DNA of 32,000 bases, taken from the NCBI RefSeq assembly GCF_000018105.1, contig NC_009925.1, positions 4,230,001 through 4,262,000 of the forward strand, written 5' to 3'. How positions within the stretch are numbered: position 1 is the stretch's first letter; each line of letters begins with the position of its first letter. Positions 25,072 through 32,000 of this stretch are shown here, piece by piece. A program made the position numbers and the translations under genes. The notes beneath the pieces are model-generated. The model did not search any database. It had not been told where the DNA came from and saw only the letters and a program-made list of their open reading frames with translations. This DNA comes from Acaryochloris marina MBIC11017. GTDB lineage: Bacteria > Cyanobacteriota > Cyanobacteriia > Thermosynechococcales > Thermosynechococcaceae.

Positions 25072-25293
25072 AAAAGGCTGATTTAGTTGCTCTTGGTCTG
25101 CATTCTAAGCATTGAAAATGGCTTGAGCTGTGATTTACTTCTACGGGAAGTGGTTTTTGGTATCACAATTCTTCAGTGCCAAAGTAGTATGTTGTTGGTG
25201 GTTTGTCGCCAGTTACTCGTTTAGCGATGAGACAGTATGATTGATATCCCCCAAACCCTGCCTTCTGTTCCCTGTTGCGAAAGCCCAGGTTAG

Positions 25294-26097
25294 GTGTTTG
25301 TGAAATCTCTACTGGCCTGGACGGGATTCAATATTTGGAGCCGTCGCTTGGTTGCAGCCATATTTCTAGGCGGGCAAGTGGTGGTGCATTTGCTTAGGGG
25401 CAAAATTCATCGCCGCAATACCATTGAGCAGATGGCGATTGTAGGACCAGAGTCTTTGCTGGTTGCCCTATTGACCGCTAGCTTTGTGGGCATGGTATTT
25501 ACCATTCAAGTCGCTAGAGAGTTTATTGCCTTTGGTCTAGTGCAGACCGTGGGGGGCGTATTGGCCCTCGCCCTCACCCGAGAATTGGCTCCGGTGCTAA
25601 CCGCCGTGATTATTACAGGGCGAGTTTGCTCGGCCTTCGCGGCTGAAATTGGGACGATGCGGGTGACAGAACAGATCGATGCCCTCCAAATGCTGGATAC
25701 GGATCCAGTGGATTATCTAGTTGTACCTCGGCTATTGGCTTGTACCTTGATGTTGCCGATTTTGACTTTAATTTCTCTGGTGGCGGGGGTAACGGGTGGC
25801 ATGGTGGTGGCGTCTGTTCTTTATGACATTCCCTATAGCGTTTTCTTAGATTCAGTCCACAGCTTTTTGGGGGTTTGGGACATCTGGAACTCCATGATTA
25901 AGGCTGCTATTTTTGGTGGCATTATCGCCATTGTTGGCTCTAGCTGGGGGTTAACCACCTATGGTGGAGCCAAAGGGGTGGGACAATCTACCACCGCAGC
26001 GGTGGTAACAGCCCTAGTGATGGTGTTTATGACCAACTTTTTCTTGTCTTGGGTGATGTTTCAAGGGGCAGGAGGAACAGCCTTACAAAACTTGTGA
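25294..26097 (+). CDS. MlaE/TGD1-like ABC transporter permease (lipid trafficking)
   Basis: The 267-aa ORF starts at GTG. FVGMVFTIQVAREF..VGGVLALALTRELAPVLTAVIITGRVCSAFAAEIGTMRVTEQIDAL is the MlaE family signature. Confidence 0.85.
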   Translation: MFVKSLLAWTGFNIWSRRLVAAIFLGGQVVVHLLRGKIHRRNTIEQMAIVGPESLLVALLTASFVGMVFTIQVAREFIAFGLVQTVGGVLALALTRELAPVLTAVIITGRVCSAFAAEIGTMRVTEQIDALQMLDTDPVDYLVVPRLLACTLMLPILTLISLVAGVTGGMVVASVLYDIPYSVFLDSVHSFLGVWDIWNSMIKAAIFGGIIAIVGSSWGLTTYGGAKGVGQSTTAAVVTALVMVFMTNFFLSWVMFQGAGGTALQNL

Positions 26098-26147
26098 AGC
26101 AGAACCCCTTAGAATGGAAAACAGTTTGCTCACCCTATGAATGCGAA

Positions 26148-26534
26148 ATGGCTGTTTCTCAGGTTTCTGATACACAATCAACGGTAGTTTTAACCCCCCG
26201 CTATTGGGTGCCGATTGGAGTTGCGATCGCAGGCACGATCCTCACCTTCCTTACCCCTTGGGCGGGTGTTCCGGTCATCTTATTAGGGTGTTTTCTGGGC
26301 TTTCAGGCCGCCACCGTTCAGGTTCAATTCACCGCTACAGCCTTTGAGCTTTACCGAGGCGAGAAACAGTTGCGTCAGTTCCCCTTTGCCGACTGGCAAG
26401 ACTGGCTGATTTTATTGCCTCCTGTTCCCATCTTGTTCTTTTTCAAAGAGGTCAAGAGTATTCACTTCATGCCCATGCTCTTTGATGCCCGAGCCCTATT
26501 GACCTGTCTAGAAGAGCGATGCCCCAGATCTTAA
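26148..26534 (+). CDS. Small two-TM membrane protein, resembling the cyanobacterial/plastid DUF3119 family
   Basis: ORF 26049..26534. I prefer ATG 26148 (MAVSQVS...), which removes the overlap with the MlaE-like gene. Two hydrophobic helices are followed by a conserved-looking soluble tail. The family assignment is from memory only. Confidence 0.55.
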   Translation: MAVSQVSDTQSTVVLTPRYWVPIGVAIAGTILTFLTPWAGVPVILLGCFLGFQAATVQVQFTATAFELYRGEKQLRQFPFADWQDWLILLPPVPILFFFKEVKSIHFMPMLFDARALLTCLEERCPRS

Positions 26535-26582
26535 GGTATTCTGCTCAACGGCCATCGTTTTACTGATTCAAATGGATTTAAC

Positions 26583-27689
26583 GTGACTGATTCTTCCGGT
26601 ATTGCTAACAACACCCCCTCTGTGGAACAACTTCAAAAAGACGCTCAGACCCTGCGGGCGGAAATTGCTGAACTGCGAGGGACGAAAGCCAAGCTCCTGG
26701 AACAGCAGCTCTCGGCCACCCAAACCGCCCTAGAACGGTTTGCCAATGACCACCTCAAAACCCTGGAAGAGCGCAAGCAAACCTTACAGATTGCTGTCGA
26801 TCAGCTTGAGCGTCGTCAAGAGCGGGTCCAAGCAGAAATGCGCCAAAGCTTTGCGGGCGTGTCCCAAGATTTAGCGATTCGAATCCACGGCTTCCATGAC
26901 TATCTCGTCACCAGTTTGCAGGACCTCGTGATCGCGGCGGAGAAATTAGAGCTGGCTCCCAAAGAAACAGCGAAGCCTCAGGCTCCAGCGCCACAGGTCG
27001 CCCCTACTCCTCGACCAGAACCAGCAGCGGAACGGCGGCCTGCGGAACAGCGCCCCCCTCGTTCAGGTCCCTCCCGACAATCTCGTCCCCCTCAACAGCG
27101 GTCTACGCCGCCTCAGCGAGGCCCTAAGTTTGCCACCCAGGAATTTGAGGAAGAGACTCGACAGATACGTCAAATTCTCGATCAATACCGTACGAATCCA
27201 AACTATTACGGTCCGCCTTGGCAGTTGCGCCGCACCTTTGAACCCATTCATGCAGAGCGGGTCGCGAGCTGGTTCTTTACCTTTGGCGGCCGTGGTGCCT
27301 TGCGTACTTTAAGCAGTCGCCTACAAAATATTTTGGTGGCCTCAGCCACCATCTCAATTTTGCGCCAGCTTTACGGCAATAGTGTTCGCACCTTGATTTT
27401 GGCAAATTCCCCAGAACGGCTAGGGGATTGGCGGCGGGGTTTACAGGACTGTCTTGGCATTGATCGCTCGGATTTTGGTCCAGAGCGAGGTTTAATTTTG
27501 TTTGAATCTCCCGATGCCCTGGCTCAAAAAGCGGATCGGCTCGTCAAAGAACAACAGCTCCCCTTAATTTTGATTGATGATGCGGAAGAGGAAGTCAGTC
27601 TATCGATTCTGCAATTTCCCCTCTGGTTAGCTTTTGCGCCAGAACCGCAACTTCGCAAAGAACGAGCCACGTTTGATTGGTTTGAATAG
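26583..27689 (+). CDS. Hypothetical protein with an N-terminal coiled coil, a Pro/Arg/Gln-rich low-complexity linker and a globular C-terminal domain (possibly DUF3086-like)
   Basis: The 368-aa ORF starts at GTG 26583, with no early in-frame ATG. The N-terminus is heptad-like and the linker reads PQAPAPQVAPTPRPEPAAERRPAEQRPPRSGPSRQSRPPQQRSTPPQRGP. The family name is uncertain. Confidence 0.6.
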   Translation: MTDSSGIANNTPSVEQLQKDAQTLRAEIAELRGTKAKLLEQQLSATQTALERFANDHLKTLEERKQTLQIAVDQLERRQERVQAEMRQSFAGVSQDLAIRIHGFHDYLVTSLQDLVIAAEKLELAPKETAKPQAPAPQVAPTPRPEPAAERRPAEQRPPRSGPSRQSRPPQQRSTPPQRGPKFATQEFEEETRQIRQILDQYRTNPNYYGPPWQLRRTFEPIHAERVASWFFTFGGRGALRTLSSRLQNILVASATISILRQLYGNSVRTLILANSPERLGDWRRGLQDCLGIDRSDFGPERGLILFESPDALAQKADRLVKEQQLPLILIDDAEEEVSLSILQFPLWLAFAPEPQLRKERATFDWFE

Positions 27690-27842
27690 AGATCCTGAAT
27701 AATTCGCTGTAGTGGGAAAAAGACCGCTAGACTAAGCAAGGAATTGAGTGATCACACAAGGGTTTAACCTGACATTTCTTTAGACAATATCGGGGACTTT
27801 ATCTGCATTAGAGATATTTAGGTGTCTAGGAGGTATTAGGAG

Positions 27843-28871
27843 TTGGGTCCGTTAAATCATCTATCCCACGGCATTGGCATTGATCTGGGCACTGCAAATA
27901 CCCTCATCTTTCTCAGCGATCAAGGCATTGTACTCCGAGAACCCTCAGTGGTTGCGCTCGATCAAACCAGTCGGTCTTTGCTGGCAATCGGCAGCGAAGC
28001 CGAAGCCATGATGCGGCGTAATCCTGCAAGTATTGATGTGAATAGGCCTCTGTCAGATGGGGTGATTGTGGGGTTTGATACGGCTCGGCTGATGCTCAAG
28101 CATTTTATTCAGCAGGTCCAGAAGGGCCAGACCCTACTGTATCCACGGGTGATTATTAGTAGTCCCGTCGGTTCTACCAGTATCGAAAAAAGGGCCCTAT
28201 CCGAAGTGGCTGCCCAAGCCGGGGCGCGGGAAGTCTATCTGATTGACGAACCTGTCGCCGCTGCCATCGGGGCCGATTTACCTGTAGAAGAACCAATTGG
28301 CAATATGGTGGTGGATATTGGTGGCGGCACTACTGAAATTGCCGTGGTCAGCTATATGGGCACGGTGGTAACGGAATCTCTGCGGGTGGCAGGCAACAAG
28401 TTTGACGATATTATTTGCCGTCATGTCAAAAAGAATCATGATCTGCTGATAGGCGAGAGAACAGCAGAATCCGTAAAAATGAAGATTGGTACGGTCTATC
28501 CCCATCCTGAGCATGATGAAGCAGAGCTAGAGATTTCGGGCCTGCGACTTTTGTCCGGTTTGCCAGGGAGTGTTGTACTCCAGGGCTCAGAAATTCGGGA
28601 GGCCTTGTCCGAGTCCTTGAATCGGATTGTTTCGGCGATTAAAAAAGTTCTGGAAAAGATCCCTCCAGAATTGGCGGCAGACTTAATTGATCGAGGCATT
28701 GTGATTACGGGGGGCGGGGCCAAGCTGAAAGGTCTAGATGCCCTGATTAGCTATGAGACGGGGCTAGTGGTGCATGTGCCATCTGATCCCCTCAGCTGTG
28801 TGGCCTTAGGCACAGGCAAGGTCCTAGAAAATTTCAAAACCTTGGAACGGGTGTTGCAAAAACGTCTCTAG
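27843..28871 (+). CDS. mreB: Rod shape-determining actin-like protein MreB
   Basis: The 342-aa ORF has IGIDLGTANTLIF, VVDIGGGTTEIAV and ITGGGAKLKGLD motifs. The TTG start is 9 nt downstream of AGGAGG (27828-27833). Confidence 0.9.
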   Translation: MGPLNHLSHGIGIDLGTANTLIFLSDQGIVLREPSVVALDQTSRSLLAIGSEAEAMMRRNPASIDVNRPLSDGVIVGFDTARLMLKHFIQQVQKGQTLLYPRVIISSPVGSTSIEKRALSEVAAQAGAREVYLIDEPVAAAIGADLPVEEPIGNMVVDIGGGTTEIAVVSYMGTVVTESLRVAGNKFDDIICRHVKKNHDLLIGERTAESVKMKIGTVYPHPEHDEAELEISGLRLLSGLPGSVVLQGSEIREALSESLNRIVSAIKKVLEKIPPELAADLIDRGIVITGGGAKLKGLDALISYETGLVVHVPSDPLSCVALGTGKVLENFKTLERVLQKRL

Positions 28872-28939
28872 ACTCTGTAGCCTGAGCCGCTAGACGTGGA
28901 ACAATAGGAGTTAAGTGCGTTCAGGACGTTTGGTTTCCC

Positions 28940-29617
28940 ATGGCTATTTGGCTCCTTTGTAACGGTGTATTGTTAATCGTTGCCTATTTTTTAGGCTCTT
29001 TTCCCACAGGCTATTTGTTGGGTAAGGCTCTCCAAGGGATTGATATTCGTGAGCATGGCTCTAAATCCACGGGGGCCACGAATGTTTTAAGGACCTTAGG
29101 CAAGGGGCCGGGCTTAGCCACGTTAGGGGTGGACATTTGCAAAGGAGCGGGAGCCGTCGCTCTAGTGCGTTGGGCCTATGGGAATCCTATGTTTTTGACT
29201 CAAGCGCCAGCGACAACCAATATTGGCCTGTGGCTATCTCTAGTTGTGATTATGGCTGGGCTGATGGCAATTTTGGGCCATAGCAAATCCGTCTGGCTGA
29301 ATTTTACGGGTGGGAAGTCTGTGGCAACTGGGTTAGGGGTGTTATTGGTGATGAGCTGGACGGTGGGTCTAGCGGCTTTAGGGATTTTTGCTTTGGTGGT
29401 GTCCCTATCTCGAATTGTCTCCCTCAGTTCGATTAGTGCAGCGATTTCCCTACCCGTCTTGATGTTTGTTGCCAAAGAACCCTTGGCCTATGTGCTTTTT
29501 AGCATCACGGCAGGTGTCTACGTGGTATGGCGGCATTGGGCCAATATTCAACGGTTATTGGCAGGGACTGAACCCCGCTTGGGCCAGAAGAAAGCTGTAT
29601 CTACTGATGCCACTTAA
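28940..29617 (+). CDS. plsY: Acyl-phosphate:glycerol-3-phosphate acyltransferase PlsY
   Basis: The 225-aa ORF has YFLGSFPTGYLLGK, DIREHGSKSTGATNVLRTLG and GHSKSVWLNFTGGKSVATGLG motifs. Confidence 0.9.
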   Translation: MAIWLLCNGVLLIVAYFLGSFPTGYLLGKALQGIDIREHGSKSTGATNVLRTLGKGPGLATLGVDICKGAGAVALVRWAYGNPMFLTQAPATTNIGLWLSLVVIMAGLMAILGHSKSVWLNFTGGKSVATGLGVLLVMSWTVGLAALGIFALVVSLSRIVSLSSISAAISLPVLMFVAKEPLAYVLFSITAGVYVVWRHWANIQRLLAGTEPRLGQKKAVSTDAT

Positions 29618-29726
29618 CCTGAAATGGTGACTCAAAAACTGGATTGTCTTGTTATTTCTCAGCTTTCAAAAAAACATATTTGCCATCTAGCTCCTGAATT
29701 ATCGTTATCCCTGATGACGAGGAAAG

Positions 29727-30125
29727 GTGAGTCCTGTGAGCCACACCATGAAAGCTTTTTGGCAGGACATCAATGATGTGGTCGAGTCTAACCATTCAAA
29801 AAAGCTGCCCCTCATTGATGCATTGAACCGATGGACTGACTTTTGTAGGGTTGAAGGAAACTTCTTCAGACTTATTGACGATCAGGGATACACTATCCAA
29901 TTTTGTTTTGAAGAGACCCTACCGGATGAGGTCGAAGATGCCACGTATTTACGAGTTGTACTGGTTGACTTTCCGATTCCCGAACGACGGGGGTGTTATT
30001 CCAAGCTTGTTACGGTTGGTGAGTCGTCTGCGCTGATAGAGAAAGCCTTCTCTGTGGGGGCGAACCCTCAGAAACTTGATGGATTGGAGTTTTCTTTATG
30101 GGGTGTAGTCGATGATCACGGATAA
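29727..30125 (+). CDS. Hypothetical small cytoplasmic protein
   Basis: The 132-aa ORF has an ambiguous start: GTG 29727, in-frame GTG 29736 (9 nt after GAGGAAAGG) or ATG 29748. No family is recognised. Confidence 0.5.
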   Translation: MSPVSHTMKAFWQDINDVVESNHSKKLPLIDALNRWTDFCRVEGNFFRLIDDQGYTIQFCFEETLPDEVEDATYLRVVLVDFPIPERRGCYSKLVTVGESSALIEKAFSVGANPQKLDGLEFSLWGVVDDHG

Positions 30126-30225
30126 CCCATTGTTTCACCGAGAGGCGGCTGAAGAGTTGTTGATAATAAACGGAGCAAGCCACCCTATGACCTTCTATAT
30201 CAACGTAATTTAGGCAATATTGTTC

Positions 30226-30597
30226 ATGCCAAGACTAACGCGTAAGACACTAATTTCTGTGGGGTGTATTTTCAGCGTGTTAGCTGTCAGCGTTCGCATC
30301 TATTACCAACTGATTCCTCATGGCGTAGCGTTTACTCCCTTCACTGAATATTCTCGCCAACTCCCCTCAATTACTGCTCCCAATGGCAAAACTTATGAGG
30401 TAGTTGTCAACGATGCTGGAGCGCTGCATTCTGGGAATTATTGGACTTGGGTCATCGACAGCCATTGGTTGACGGGGCGTTACGTTGCAACTGAAGGTTA
30501 TCTCACATCAGAGTATGCAACGGGGGACAGACCGCTTACTGTTGAGTGGAATGGAAACGTTCCCAAACTCCCCTTTAAGAAGGAGAGATATGAATAG
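30226..30597 (+). CDS. Hypothetical membrane-anchored or secreted small protein
   Basis: ORF 30220..30597, with ATG 30226. The N-terminal MPRLTRKTLISVGCIFSVLAVSV forms a signal-anchor. The remainder is beta-rich. No family is recognised. Confidence 0.5.
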   Translation: MPRLTRKTLISVGCIFSVLAVSVRIYYQLIPHGVAFTPFTEYSRQLPSITAPNGKTYEVVVNDAGALHSGNYWTWVIDSHWLTGRYVATEGYLTSEYATGDRPLTVEWNGNVPKLPFKKERYE

Positions 30598-30734
30598 GAA
30601 TTGGTCTGTCAAACCAGATCACCACTCAAGTGCAACCTAACATTGAGATGCATGAGAAATCGAGTGGCTTTACAGGTTTAGCATTGAATGTGTGGCCTGG
30701 TATTCTCAGGTGCTAATTTCAGTCTGATTCTGCT

Positions 30735-32000
30735 TTACTCATCTACGGTGGTGCGGAAACGGAACAGCCCATAGGAATCATTGGGGGCACCTACTCCAGT
30801 TGAGTGTGGGAGGCTAGGTAGATTCGGCAGGCCTGTTCCCGTATTGCCCGTTAAATTGAGGACGAACGTTCCATTGCCATTGGGGCCAGCAAGATTACAC
30901 TCACTCGGTATCGCTGTATTGGGAGTGGCGTACAGGGCGCGATCACTACTGTCGTTTGCTGCAGTCAACGGTATGACTGCACTGGTTCCTAGCTGAAATT
31001 CTGCATCTCCATTGGATGGAAATGAAACGGGTTGAAAGGTCTGGAACGGCTGTAAGCGATCGCAGATGGTTACGTCAAAAGCAGGTCGCCCCCCAGCATT
31101 GAGAAAGTAAATTGTATATTCAATTTCGTCGCCTGGGCGGACCAACCCTGCAGAGAAAGCGCCTGTTAAGTAATTACTTGGCCAGCCAGCCTCATTGTCA
31201 TTGGTTGTGACATCATCCACAAACTGATTCAGCACCGTATTGTCATTGGGATTAATAGTTCGATTGCCATTGATCGCCGTAATACGTTTGACGAGAACCA
31301 GTTTAGGCGGTGGGAGGGTTGTGGTCTTGGCAATGGACAAGGTTTTGTTATTGGTTGGATCAACTTGCTGATCCATAAAAGATGTCGCTTGAATCTCGGT
31401 GACATCCGACGCATTCGCGCCAGCTAAAGGGGTGACTCGTAAGATAAAACTCTGGGTTTGATTAGGGTTTAGAATTCCCGTATCTAGCTGGCCATCACCA
31501 TCTGTATCGGCCAAAGCATTGCCGCTAGCATCCAGCAACTGGACCGTATAGTTAGCATTGGTGCTAACAGGATTTAGGTTGATAATGTCTGTGGTTAGAA
31601 ATTCATTGGTGACGATAAAAGGATGATCAACCGCTACACCAATCGTTGTTGATAAAGTCGTATCCGGGGTAATTGCAACATCCCCCGCTCGAGTCGGTGG
31701 TTCGTTATAGAGAACTAGACGGTCTCCTGTTCCCGTATTTGCCTCCACAATCATTTGATTGTTGCTGGATAGATTATTAACTCTGAGTCCCCATAACCCA
31801 GCATCAGATAGGGTTAAGCCAGGTATGGTATCGCCTCCGGTATTGAGGTTTCCACCATTATTCCAACGACCGTTGCCAGAGTTAGTACCCGCTATCGTCG
31901 ATCCATTGGGGCGGGTATAGGTTAACGTTCCTCTATTATCGATATCAAAGTTGCGGAGAAACAAACTCCCTGTGCCGGGGCCTACCAAAAAGTAAAACGG
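30735..32000 (-). CDS. Large secreted/cell-surface repeat protein, C-terminal part (DUF11-like conserved repeat domains); 5' end lies outside the window
   Basis: The frame stays open to the window edge. The codon listed as the start at 31988 is TTG within a continuing frame. The sequence is Gly/Asn/Thr-rich and beta-rich. The PPKLVLVKRITAINGN and GDEIEYTIYFLNAG blocks resemble the cyanobacterial conserved-repeat (DUF11-type) surface proteins. Confidence 0.6.
   Translation of the reverse strand, partial: PFYFLVGPGTGSLFLRNFDIDNRGTLTYTRPNGSTIAGTNSGNGRWNNGGNLNTGGDTIPGLTLSDAGLWGLRVNNLSSNNQMIVEANTGTGDRLVLYNEPPTRAGDVAITPDTTLSTTIGVAVDHPFIVTNEFLTTDIINLNPVSTNANYTVQLLDASGNALADTDGDGQLDTGILNPNQTQSFILRVTPLAGANASDVTEIQATSFMDQQVDPTNNKTLSIAKTTTLPPPKLVLVKRITAINGNRTINPNDNTVLNQFVDDVTTNDNEAGWPSNYLTGAFSAGLVRPGDEIEYTIYFLNAGGRPAFDVTICDRLQPFQTFQPVSFPSNGDAEFQLGTSAVIPLTAANDSSDRALYATPNTAIPSECNLAGPNGNGTFVLNLTGNTGTGLPNLPSLPHSTGVGAPNDSYGLFRFRTTVDE

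Noticed and set aside
26049-26147. The upstream extension of the DUF3119-like ORF overlapping the MlaE-like gene
   Set aside because: The extension is read from an alternative frame of the permease 3' end and has an Arg-rich junk-like sequence. ATG 26148 gives a protein that starts just before the first TM helix.

Overview
This is a cyanobacterial chromosomal segment. The evidence is nine perfect HIP1 octamers (GCGATCGC) plus a CpcS/CpeS-type phycobilin lyase, an NblS/Hik33-type sensor kinase, a CPP1-like J-like protein and a DUF3119-like protein. I support about 30 protein-coding genes. Most are conserved housekeeping or envelope genes: a vWA lipoprotein, ArsR/SmtB, a SirB1-like protein, NblS, an RNase II/R enzyme, PhoU, a family-2 glycosyltransferase, a Coq4-family protein, YiaAB, ArgG, an MlaE/TGD1-like permease, MreB and PlsY. 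I found no rRNA, tRNA or CRISPR array. The stretch from about 16.5 to 23.1 kb looks accessory. It holds a PadR regulator preceded by a perfect 12-bp palindrome and translationally coupled to a two-TM membrane protein built from 13 near-identical 40-aa helical repeats. The repeat DNA also shows a 468-nt higher-order duplication. After it come a visibly AT-rich, HIP1-free spacer with one orphan 130-aa ORF, then an IS701-family element abutting an IS630-family element whose transposase is split by a +1 frame change. The best candidate for an undescribed system is the palindrome-PadR-repeat membrane protein module. Secondary candidates are the tightly packed minus-strand cluster YiaAB / Coq4-like / coiled-coil membrane protein / GT2, and a 343-aa protein that looks like a winged helix fused to a GNAT-like fold. 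All family calls rest on motif recognition by eye. No database search or structure prediction was possible, and many start codons are uncertain.
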